Below are positions 9,860 to 18,318 of a stretch of DNA of 64,000 nucleotides, piece after piece; position 1 is the stretch's first letter, and every line of letters begins with the position of its first letter. The stretch is taken from NCBI GenBank assembly GCA_016219115.1, contig JACRCH010000016.1:22294-86293 (forward strand), written 5' to 3'. The notes beneath the pieces are model-generated. The model searched no databases, was not told the DNA's origin, and saw only the letters and a list, made by a program, of their open reading frames with translations. Position numbers and translations under genes: made by a program. The DNA is from Deltaproteobacteria bacterium. GTDB taxonomy: Bacteria > Desulfobacterota > GWC2-55-46.

Positions 9860-10065
9860 TTCCTTCTGGTTGAATGGGTGTACCACTCCGCAATCCCGTC
9901 GCTTTAGCGGCGGGTCAAGGCTGGCAAATATATATGATTTTTCCCTACCATCAAAATTCTCTGTCATTCATGGCGGAGAATTTTGATTAAGCGTTGCTTG
10001 CCGCGTATATAAAAACAGATCTCCCTTTGGGTACCCCGCTGGCAAGGCTTGCGGGGTGGTTCGTG
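9860..10065 (+). repeat. about 200-bp MITE-like intergenic element (family R3) ending in an R1 hairpin
   Basis: The sequence GTTGAATGGGTGTACCACTCCGCAATCCCGTCGCTTTAGCGGCGGGTCAAGGCTGGCAAAT...CATGGCGGAGAATTTTGATTAAGCG...GCCGCGTATATAAAAACAGAT is about 90% identical to 39692-39898 and, as an inverted partial copy, to 34095-34215. Confidence 0.75.
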
Positions 10066-10129
10066 TCCTTTCAGGGTTACTCTTATAAAGTTTTAAAAGT
10101 CCGGGGCTTCAGGAACGCTTCCTCCACGG

Positions 10130-10657
10130 TCACCTGGCCGACGACACCTCGTCGTTGCCAGCGAGCGCTATAAAGGACCTGAAGGTCTCTTCGGTCTCGA
10201 AGTAGTGTACCCTGCCGGAGGCGTCCGAGTATATGACGGAGTCGGCCTTGTCTATCGGCCTGTTTGTAAACGGGTCGGCGGCGCGCGTAAGGGAGTGGTT
10301 CTTCAAGAGCGTCTGGGCGTAACCGGCGCCCGTACCGTAGTAGGTCTTGCCGTCTATCTTTACCCCGTCCTGTTTCTTCTTCTCGCGCCTGTTGGTGACC
10401 ATGTTCACCTCATCCGGGCTCACACGCTTTAGCCATGCGGAGGCGGGACCGGCCTGAAGGTCCTTGGGGATACTGTTTTGGGTCTTGAGCGCTTCGCAGC
10501 GCTGGCTAGCCAGACGGCACTCCCTGATTGTATCGAGTTTTACCTGGGCCTGACCCCTGGTCCGGCTGGTGGCGCCGGAGACCGCGGGCGCCAGTGTCAT
10601 CGCAAACGCCGCGAGTGCCGATAAGACGATGGTCTTTCCGTAAAGATTTTTTTTCAT
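10130..10657 (-). CDS. hypothetical exported protein
   Basis: 175 aa with an N-terminal signal peptide (MKKNLYGKTIVLSALAAFAMTLAPAVSGA). No recognisable domain. Confidence 0.45.
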   Translation of the reverse strand: MKKNLYGKTIVLSALAAFAMTLAPAVSGATSRTRGQAQVKLDTIRECRLASQRCEALKTQNSIPKDLQAGPASAWLKRVSPDEVNMVTNRREKKKQDGVKIDGKTYYGTGAGYAQTLLKNHSLTRAADPFTNRPIDKADSVIYSDASGRVHYFETEETFRSFIALAGNDEVSSAR

Positions 10658-11337
10658 ACAACCCTCCTGTTAAGTAAAAATATTCCGTCCACATTGCGAA
10701 CAAGGTCAGTATTATACACAATTCCCGCCGTAAATCAAGCATATAAAAATAGCATCTATATGATTTGCAAGAGAATTTTCAGGGGTGTAGGATTTTTGAC
10801 GCTTTTTAAGGGTTTTTTGGGAAATTTCACAGGGTGAGAACGAGGGCAAAAGGAGCGCCGCCGCTGTCAATAAAACGCGGCAAACTCACCCCCTGGAAGG
10901 GGATGGCAGCATAGCAGCTTGAGGCATATCTCGACCTCTGCCCGTGCGTTCAAGTAACAGTCCGCCTCATCAACCTTGCGCCCGCAAAGACCGATACTCA
11001 CCGGTCCTTCACCGCCCTGAAGGCGTCCTTGACCGTCCCGTCATCGCCTATGCAGACTGGCAGCGGGGTCTCACCCGTCAGGGCCGTTACGGCAGGGATG
11101 AAAAAAAGATTAAAGAGAGATCGCGGCAAGCACCCGTTCAGTTATCAGAACTTTAATGCGTCCGTCATATTCCCGCAACATAGCCCCCGTAAAATAGTGC
11201 TGAATACATTGAAGCTCCCTCCTAGCCAAAGCCGCGGGAGGCAAAAACGGGCATGAAGCCGAAGAAAAAACATTTACGCACAGTCTCCGTATCCGGCCCG
11301 GAGAATTCAGTGGCTGACCGTCTGTCTCAAAAAGAAT

Positions 11338-11580
11338 TAACTTGGAATTCCCTGTAGCTTGCCCTTGTAAAACCCTCCCCCTTGATGGGGGAGGGGAGGG
11401 GTGAAAATAATCTTTCAGCCTTCGGAATTTCACCCTCCCCGCTTCCCGTTGCATCGGAAGAGCGCAACGGGGGCCCAGCCCTCCCATCAAGGGAGGGGGT
11501 ACTGGCGTACGGCGGATCGAGAACAACCTCTTTTTGTTCGTTTGATACCCCGAAGCTTGCCGCGGGGTGGTTCATTGCGA
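11338..11580. repeat. composite intergenic repeat (R2 G-rich palindromes plus R1 hairpin-GGTTCAT)
   Basis: AATTCCCTGTAGCTTGCCC...CCCTCCCCCTTGATGGGGGAGGGGAGGGGTGAAAA...TTTCACCCTCCCCGCTTCCCGTTGCATCGGAAGAGCGCAACGGG is almost identical to 33418-33600 and 43151-43330. Confidence 0.7.
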
Positions 11581-11814
11581 GGAGCGATTTGTGCTACGAA
11601 GGAATCTATAACCGGTTGATTTATTTAAAGATGATATTGCAACGCTACGCTCGCAAAGACAACAAAAGCAGTTTTTCAGCACCCTGTTAAACTTTATATT
11701 AAAGACTTTTAATTTATTGATAAGCGTTTTTTAATGATAGCGGATTATATTGTGAGGAGTTTTACGGAGGGACTGGCGTAGATCTTTCAAGCTTAAGGGT
11801 GTCTATGTCGGACG

Positions 11815-12198
11815 GTGAAGAGTGAGATGAAAAAAAGAGTGCTTGTCGTCGACGACGACATATCCACCAGGGTGCTGTGCACGGAGGCTCTCAACCTGGC
11901 TGGCTACACGGTTGACAAAGCCGCTGACGGCGGCGAGGCTTTAAAAAACCTGGGCTGGCTCCGCTACGACCTTGTGATATCGGATGTGGAAATGCCCGTA
12001 TTGGACGGTATAGGGCTTTACGAGAATATCCTCAAGGAGCACCCGTACCTGAGGGACCGGGTGCTCTTCATAACCGGAAATGTCTCTAACGACAAGCTCT
12101 CCGCGCTGGAGCTTATGAAGCAAAGATATCTGCTAAAACCCTTTAAGGTGTCACACCTGCTGGATATGGCCGCGGAGATAACTAAAGACCGACCGTAA
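11815..12198 (+). CDS. single-domain response regulator (CheY-like receiver)
   Basis: All canonical receiver residues are present: VVDDD, the phospho-acceptor in LVISDVEMP, FITGN and LLKPF. Confidence 0.85.
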   Translation: MKSEMKKRVLVVDDDISTRVLCTEALNLAGYTVDKAADGGEALKNLGWLRYDLVISDVEMPVLDGIGLYENILKEHPYLRDRVLFITGNVSNDKLSALELMKQRYLLKPFKVSHLLDMAAEITKDRP

Positions 12199-12235
12199 AC
12201 CAATCTAACTGAACCGGCAAACCTGAAAAACAGGC

Positions 12236-13990
12236 GTGATTAAAATCACCGCCGCCTGCATAAATTACGCCGTATCATCCCCCGTACGGCGTAAGGGATA
12301 TTTTACCGGGGGGCGGGGATTGAGAGTCGTGGACGACAGAAAGACAAGCGCGGTATTCAGGGCCGTTATGCCGCTAGCCCTGGTGGTATTGACCGCCATG
12401 ATATATCTCAATACGCTCGGGAACGGTTTTGTCTACGACGACCACTCCCAGATAATCAGGAACCCGTGGATAAAGGACATAAGGTATCTGCCGAGCGTCT
12501 TTTCCTCCCATTCCTTCGGCTTCCTTAACAACAGCGCCGTGCCGCAATCCTACCGCCCGATGGTCTTTGTAGTCTATATGCTCGAGTACGCGGCGTTCGG
12601 GTTGCAGCCCCGGGGCTGGCACCTCCTTAACTCGGTCTTCCACGCGGTAAACAGCGTAATGGTCTTCGCATTGCTCTTAAGGCTCCTTGACGGCTACAGG
12701 CGCGGCGACTGGCAAGAGGCGCCGGTCATGCGCTATCTGCCGCCCTTTTTCGGCGCCGTGCTCTTCGCCGTTCACCCCGTAAACAGCGAACCCGTCTCAT
12801 GGGTCGGCTGCGTACCGGAACTTTTATACACATTTTTGTGCCTGACCATACTCTACTCGCACGTAAAGACCTCCGGGATAAGGCATTCACGGGACTTCAA
12901 TAACATAAGGTATTCGGTCCTGACGTCCCTGCTTTTCTTTCTCGCGATTCTTTTTAAGGAGACGGCGGTCTTCCTGCCGGCGGTCATCCTTGTATACGAT
13001 TACATGACGGCGGAAGACGGGAGGTTCCTGACCCGGCAAAGGGTCGTAAGCTACATCCCCTACGCGGCGGCATGCGCGGCGTACATCGCGGTAAGGATTT
13101 CGGCCATCGGGCATCTGGCCCCGGAGCGGCTGCACCACTCTTATCTGAGCGTATTCCAGAACCTGCTGAACGCCCCGGTGCTCCTTGCCGGGCACCTGAC
13201 GCATCTCATATTCCCCGCAGATATGCCTTTTCAGCTCTTCGCCCCGGTGCTCTCGGTGTACGAGCCCAAGTTCCTGTTGTCCGTAGCCTTTATCTCCGCG
13301 GCCTCGGCGCTTGTCATGCTCTTCTGGAAGAAGGTCCATCCGCTCTACATAATAGCGCTCTTCCTGATCCTTCTTCCGCTCATCCCTACCCTTTACACGT
13401 CGGCCATAAGCCTTTTCCCGCATGCGGACAGGTATCTCTATTTCCCGTCGATAGGGTTGTCACTCTTCCTGTCCACCGCGCTCAAGCGCTTCATGGACTA
13501 CAGTTTGAAGAACGGGAGGAGGCGCTATGTCTGGGGGGTCGCCGGGCTCTTTATGGCGGTTGCGATATTTTTTTCATGGTCAGCCGAGAAGAGGAGCCTT
13601 GTGTGGAAAGATGACTTTACACTGTGGAGCATGTCGGCCGATGGCGGGCCGGAGAATTATTTCGCCCTTTATAACATAGGCATAGTTTACTTCACGCAGA
13701 ACAGGATGGACGAAGGGATACGGAAGATGGAAGAGTCGCTTGAGGCGAACAAACTCAGGGCGCATCCGGATAAGACAATGCTTATCGGCGCCCACAGCAG
13801 TCTGGCCAGGGCCTACAAAGAGAAGGGGCTCATCCAAAAGGCGGCGGAAGAGTACCGCGAGATCCTCCGGTTTTTCCCCGAAGACGGCCAAGCCCTCCTA
13901 AACCTCAAGGCCCTATGCGCTGAAATGGAGCCGGCAGAGGGACTTGTCCCCGAGGTCTGCTCCATTTCAGCGAGGATGCCGCCCTTGTAA
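12236..13990 (+). CDS. TMTC/PMT_2-like (DUF1736) integral membrane glycosyltransferase with C-terminal TPR repeats (paralogue of 8290-9783)
   Basis: Motifs YDDHSQIIRNPWIKD, YRPMVFV...GWHLLNSVFHAVNS and FAVHPVNSEPVSWV are present, with about 11 TM helices and a C-terminal TPR region. The true start may be the internal Met near 12368. Confidence 0.65.
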   Translation: MIKITAACINYAVSSPVRRKGYFTGGRGLRVVDDRKTSAVFRAVMPLALVVLTAMIYLNTLGNGFVYDDHSQIIRNPWIKDIRYLPSVFSSHSFGFLNNSAVPQSYRPMVFVVYMLEYAAFGLQPRGWHLLNSVFHAVNSVMVFALLLRLLDGYRRGDWQEAPVMRYLPPFFGAVLFAVHPVNSEPVSWVGCVPELLYTFLCLTILYSHVKTSGIRHSRDFNNIRYSVLTSLLFFLAILFKETAVFLPAVILVYDYMTAEDGRFLTRQRVVSYIPYAAACAAYIAVRISAIGHLAPERLHHSYLSVFQNLLNAPVLLAGHLTHLIFPADMPFQLFAPVLSVYEPKFLLSVAFISAASALVMLFWKKVHPLYIIALFLILLPLIPTLYTSAISLFPHADRYLYFPSIGLSLFLSTALKRFMDYSLKNGRRRYVWGVAGLFMAVAIFFSWSAEKRSLVWKDDFTLWSMSADGGPENYFALYNIGIVYFTQNRMDEGIRKMEESLEANKLRAHPDKTMLIGAHSSLARAYKEKGLIQKAAEEYREILRFFPEDGQALLNLKALCAEMEPAEGLVPEVCSISARMPPL

Positions 13991-14192
13991 GCCGCGCTCA
14001 GTCCTCACCGTCAGTCTCCGGAGCCCTCCGGGGCTACAACTGATAGAGGTCCTCATAAGGCCCGTTTCTACGGAAAAAACCCGCCAAACGCACAATTCAG
14101 CATGTTTTCAATTGAATATTTTTGAAAGCGGATATACACTATTTATATCCGGAAAAATATTTTCGTTCAAAACCAGCGTCCCCTTAAACGAT

Positions 14193-15983
14193 ATGCTCAA
14201 AATCAAAGCGGCCGCCGTCGCCAAGATAACTCGTCCGAGTTACTTGAAGGTCCTTGACAGAAAGAGGCTTTTTACGCTCCTGGACCGATGCCGCAAGCGT
14301 CAAGCCGTATGGATAGCCGGCCCCCCTGGCTCGGGCAAGACCGTGCTTGTAAGCAGCTACATTGAAAAAAAAGGTCTTCCAGCGATCTGGTACCAGGTCG
14401 ACCCCGGCGACTCTGACGCCGCGACCTTCTTTTATTATATGCGGCTTGCGGCCCAGAAGGCCGTCCCCAGGAAGAAGACACGGCTCCCACTCTTGACCCC
14501 CGAATACATTCCCGGAATACGCGCCTTTACAAAGAGGTTCTTTGAAGGCCTCTATGCGACCGTAAAGGCCCCTTTCTGCCTGGTCTTCGACAATTACCAT
14601 GAGGTGGGCGGCTCGATCTTCCACCGGATAATAAAAGACGGACTCGAGGTCGTCCCCGAGGGCGTGAGCGTGATATTTTTAAGCAGGAGCGGACCACCGG
14701 CGGAGTTCACGAGGCTGCGGGTAAGCGGAGCCATGGAGGTCGTCGACAGGGATGAGCTGGACCTGACCGCGGAGGAGGCCCGGGCCATTACGCGCATAAA
14801 GTCCGGACCCGCCATCACGAAGCAGGCAGCTTCCGAGATGCACAAAAGGACAGAAGGGTGGGCGGCGGGCCTTATCCTCATGCTCGAGCAGGTCAAAAAT
14901 GGGGTCGCCGGCATAGAGGACTTCAAGGAGATGACCCCGAAGGCCATATTCGATTACTTCTTATCCGAGATATTCCAGAACATGGACGACGATACGCGGA
15001 CGGTGCTCCTGAAGACCGCGTTCCTGCCGGATATGGACTCAAGGATGGCGGAAAAGCTCACCCGGCTTCCGGGCGCAGGGGAAATACTCTCGAGGCTCAA
15101 CCGCAACAACTACTTTACCGAAAGGCGTTTCCAGGTCAACCCGGTCTACCAGTACCACCCGCTGTTCAAGGAGTTCCTCCTTGCAAAGGCCAGGGAATCT
15201 TTTACGGGGGCCGACATCATGGGGCTGTTAAGAAAGGCCGCGGAGATACTCGAGGAGTCGGCGAAGTACGAAGACGCCTTCAAGCTCCTGAGGGACGCCG
15301 GCGACTGGGAGGGGGTATCGCGTCTTATAGTCAGTCACGCCGGCTCGCTGGTGTCCCAGGGCAGGTGGGCCGTACTCGAAACATGGATAAGAAGCGTTCC
15401 GCCGGAGACGCTCTCCGAAGACCCGTGGCTCCGTTACTGGCTCGGCGCCTGCGGGATGCAGACCAACCCGGATGGGGCAAGGAAGGACTTCGAGGCCGCT
15501 TACGGCATATTTGCAGGCGAAGGGACCGATGTGGCGGGGATATTCCTCTCGTGGTGCGGCGCGGTGAACACCTTCCTGTACGCCTGGAGGGACTACCATC
15601 CGCTCGACGGCTGGATAGCCGGGTTCGAGGGGCTGAGGAAAAGATACGGGGAGCCGCTTCCCGAGGAGATCGAAGACAATATCGCCGCGTGCGTATTCGG
15701 GGCGCTGATGTTCCGCCAGCCCTCGCATCCCGACCTCCCGGTGTGGGAGGAGCGGGTAAAGCAGATACTCCATAGGTCAAAGGACGAAGTCGGCAGGATG
15801 AGCGTCGGCCATAACCTGATCCTCTATTACCTATGGACGGGGAGGAATTCAAAGGCGGGCCTCGTAATAGAGACTCTTTCGCCGGCGTTCAAGGGACTCA
15901 ACGCCCCGCCGCTGGCGGAGCTTATGTGGCACTTTTCCCGGGCCCTCTACTACTACCATATGGCCTCTACAGGGACGCCCTGA
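14193..15983 (+). CDS. STAND/AAA_16-type NTPase regulatory protein, N-terminal part (probably frameshifted, continues in 15833-17398)
   Basis: Walker A (GPPGSGKT) and Walker B-like (CLVFDNYHEV) motifs with a MalT/AfsR-like helical domain. The ORF ends where the +2 frame ORF takes over. The proposed start is the internal ATG at 14193; the track start at 13944 overlaps the upstream gene. Confidence 0.6.
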   Translation: MLKIKAAAVAKITRPSYLKVLDRKRLFTLLDRCRKRQAVWIAGPPGSGKTVLVSSYIEKKGLPAIWYQVDPGDSDAATFFYYMRLAAQKAVPRKKTRLPLLTPEYIPGIRAFTKRFFEGLYATVKAPFCLVFDNYHEVGGSIFHRIIKDGLEVVPEGVSVIFLSRSGPPAEFTRLRVSGAMEVVDRDELDLTAEEARAITRIKSGPAITKQAASEMHKRTEGWAAGLILMLEQVKNGVAGIEDFKEMTPKAIFDYFLSEIFQNMDDDTRTVLLKTAFLPDMDSRMAEKLTRLPGAGEILSRLNRNNYFTERRFQVNPVYQYHPLFKEFLLAKARESFTGADIMGLLRKAAEILEESAKYEDAFKLLRDAGDWEGVSRLIVSHAGSLVSQGRWAVLETWIRSVPPETLSEDPWLRYWLGACGMQTNPDGARKDFEAAYGIFAGEGTDVAGIFLSWCGAVNTFLYAWRDYHPLDGWIAGFEGLRKRYGEPLPEEIEDNIAACVFGALMFRQPSHPDLPVWEERVKQILHRSKDEVGRMSVGHNLILYYLWTGRNSKAGLVIETLSPAFKGLNAPPLAELMWHFSRALYYYHMASTGTP

Positions 15984-17398
15984 TGTCCGTCGAGGAGGGG
16001 CTCTGTCTGGCGGAAAAGACCGGGGTGCGCCTTGTAGACGAGATGCTTTTCGGGGCCGGCGCTTTAAGCAGCATCCCTCTTAACGATATCGACGGGGCGG
16101 CCAGGTTCCTTGGAAAGATGGCCGGGGTCTTGAAGGAAAAGAACTTCTTTGGAGCAATCTTCTATCACCACATTGCCTCCCTGGTGGCGCTCAACAGGGG
16201 TGATACGCTCTCAGCCGTCGAGCACGCGAGGACCTCATGGAAGATGTCGGATGAGTGCGGCGGGCCCTTTATCCAGAATATCATGCACTACGGCTTCACA
16301 TATACGCTCCTGGAGGCCGGCAAGTACAGGGGCGTGGCCAGGCGCATAGAGGAAGTGAGGAGTCTGTCGCGCCGCACTAAAAGCGCCCTCATGGAATACG
16401 CGTGTCTGCTCCTGGAGTCCCTGCTCGCGATGAAGACCGGGGACGAAAAGACATTCCTGAACAGGCTCGGCAAAGCCATGAAGCTCGGAAGCGCCCGGGG
16501 GATAAGGTTCTACACGCTCCTTCTCCACTCGTCGTCTTCCATGCTCTGCGACAGGGCTTTGAAAGAAGGGTTCGAGCCTGAGTACGTAAAGACCCTTATA
16601 AGGGCCAACAACCTCGCCGCGCCGGACCCGGAGGCCGAGGGGTGGCCGTGGCGCCTGAAGGTACACGCCCTCGGCGGTTTCGAGATGTACAGGGATGACA
16701 CGAAGATAGAGTTCTCAGGAAAGGCGCAGAAAAAACCCCTTGACCTCCTTAAGGCCGTTATCGCCATGGGCGGGCGCGACGTCAGGGAGGAGAAACTGAC
16801 CGACGCGCTCTGGCCTGATGCCGAAGGGGACGCCGCCCACAGGGCCTTTGCCACTACGCTGCACAGGCTCCGCGCCCTTTTGGGGATTGACGGAGCGATA
16901 CAGCTTAGAGAGGGGATGGTATCGCTCGACGGGAGGCGCTGCCGGGTAGATGTCCGGGAGTTTGAGCGCGCACTTGAAAAGGTCGATGAGAGGGTAAAGA
17001 AGCTCGGTTACTCTGACAGTACGGAGAACCTCCTGGAGAAGGCCCTGGGCCTGTACCGCGGCAGCTTCCTGCCGTCGGAGTCGGAGAAGGGCTGGACCGC
17101 TCCGATGAGGGAGAAGCTGAGGGGTAAGCTTTTAAGGCATATCAGGTCCGCCGGGATCTCGCTGGAGGAGGCCGGGGAGTTCTCGAAGGCGGTCGTCTGG
17201 TTCCAGACGGGTATCGAGATGGACCCGCTGGCCGAGGAACTCTACCGTCATTTAATGGTAAGTTTTACCAGGCTCGGGCAGAGGTCCGATGCCATGGCAG
17301 CGTACGAACAGCTTAAGAAAAACCTCTTTTCCAAGATAGGTTTACAGCCATCCCTGAAGACCAGGTCTGTCTATAAATCTATCTTTCCGGCCTCGTGA
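15833..17398 (+). CDS. C-terminal part of the same regulator: helical/TPR-like region plus SARP module (OmpR-type winged helix plus BTAD)
   Basis: WRLKVHALGGFEMYRDD...KPLDLLKAVIAMGGRDVREEKLTDALWPD...TTLHRLRALLG matches the OmpR/SARP wHTH. It is followed by a BTAD-like helical bundle (LEKALGLYRGSFL ... AYEQLKKNLFSKIGLQPS). It overlaps the upstream ORF by about 150 nt in another frame. Confidence 0.6.
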   Translation: MDGEEFKGGPRNRDSFAGVQGTQRPAAGGAYVALFPGPLLLPYGLYRDALMSVEEGLCLAEKTGVRLVDEMLFGAGALSSIPLNDIDGAARFLGKMAGVLKEKNFFGAIFYHHIASLVALNRGDTLSAVEHARTSWKMSDECGGPFIQNIMHYGFTYTLLEAGKYRGVARRIEEVRSLSRRTKSALMEYACLLLESLLAMKTGDEKTFLNRLGKAMKLGSARGIRFYTLLLHSSSSMLCDRALKEGFEPEYVKTLIRANNLAAPDPEAEGWPWRLKVHALGGFEMYRDDTKIEFSGKAQKKPLDLLKAVIAMGGRDVREEKLTDALWPDAEGDAAHRAFATTLHRLRALLGIDGAIQLREGMVSLDGRRCRVDVREFERALEKVDERVKKLGYSDSTENLLEKALGLYRGSFLPSESEKGWTAPMREKLRGKLLRHIRSAGISLEEAGEFSKAVVWFQTGIEMDPLAEELYRHLMVSFTRLGQRSDAMAAYEQLKKNLFSKIGLQPSLKTRSVYKSIFPAS

Positions 17399-17514
17399 CC
17401 GCTTGACAGAAGTCCAAATCCGTAGTATCACTAGTGCAACCAATATCAACCCTGTTTTTCAATCGGTAATTCATCCGTAACCTTTTCCGTGTAATAATAT
17501 AAAAGGGAGTTTCC

Positions 17515-17991
17515 ATGCGCCAAGGGTGTGTGAAGTGCTTAAAGTTGCCACGTATCGCGGAGGATACATTGGCAGGCGACATCAACCGGAAGAGGATTTT
17601 GGTTGTGGCCGGCGATGAGACTGTCCGGCATTTCTGCCGCGCTTCTCTCGCCCCGGACCTCTATCACGTAGAGCTTGTCTCGGGCATGCACGAGGCGCTC
17701 GGGTCCCTGAGGTCCGTGCCGTACGACCTTGTGATCTCGGATATAGAGGTCCCGAAGCTCGACGGGATAGACCTGTATATAATCATCCTCAAGAAGTACC
17801 CTTACCTCAAAAACAGATTCCTCTTCATAATCGGCGACTGCTCAACGGATCTGCCCTCGTTCTTAAGCTACGTACAGATCGGATACCTCGCGAAACCCAT
17901 AAAAATATCGGAACTTATCGAAGCCGTCGGCAAGGCCGCAGCAGAGCGGCCTATGACGCCGGGCTCAAGTTCGCGGGACCGTTCCCTGTAA
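17515..17991 (+). CDS. receiver-like protein with degenerate acidic pocket (pseudo-receiver), paralogue of 11815-12198
   Basis: YDLVISDIEVPKLDGIDLY and KKYPYLKNRFLFIIGD parallel the response regulator at 11815. The N-terminal DD pair is replaced (VVAGDE) and the conserved Thr is replaced (FIIGD). Confidence 0.55.
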   Translation: MRQGCVKCLKLPRIAEDTLAGDINRKRILVVAGDETVRHFCRASLAPDLYHVELVSGMHEALGSLRSVPYDLVISDIEVPKLDGIDLYIIILKKYPYLKNRFLFIIGDCSTDLPSFLSYVQIGYLAKPIKISELIEAVGKAAAERPMTPGSSSRDRSL

Positions 17992-18111
17992 CATCCGTGA
18001 TAATGCTCGCCGAGGGGGCCGGCACTGGGTCGAATTGACCGCAGAGGCGCAAAAAGGGGCAGGCAGGGAGTAGAGAGGGAAGGGTCATAATAACGCATAC
18101 TGGAGGTTTCA

Positions 18112-18318
18112 GTGTTTAAGATAGAGTGCGCAAGCTGCAACTCGTGGTTTCATCTCCCTTTCAACAGCGAAGGCGACGAGGTGGAATGCCCGAACTGCAG
18201 TAAAAAGACCCCGGCCAAGGACGTATACGTCGCGGCGGGGCCTTACATGATATTCAGGGAAGTGTTGATCAAAAACATGCCCAAGTACAGACGCCTCATA
18301 CTCGAGGCCGAGAAGTAG
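18112..18318 (+). CDS. zinc-ribbon domain protein (MJ0042-type CxxC...CxxC finger), possibly the N-terminal part of a disrupted gene
   Basis: MFKIECASCNSWF...ECPNCSKK has two CxxC pairs. A single TAG separates it in-frame from the EAL fragment. Confidence 0.35.
   Translation: MFKIECASCNSWFHLPFNSEGDEVECPNCSKKTPAKDVYVAAGPYMIFREVLIKNMPKYRRLILEAEK

Noticed and set aside
13944-14192. Upstream extension of the STAND regulator ORF (Met at 13944)
   Set aside because: It overlaps the 3' end of the TMTC-like gene and translates to a Pro/Arg/Ser-rich low-complexity peptide. The internal ATG at 14193 precedes the conserved N-terminus.
14858-15852. ORFs 14858-15775 (+), 15228-15773 (-) and 15331-15852 (-) overlapping the STAND regulator
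   Set aside because: Arg/Gly/Pro-rich shadow ORFs in alternative frames of a GC-rich gene.
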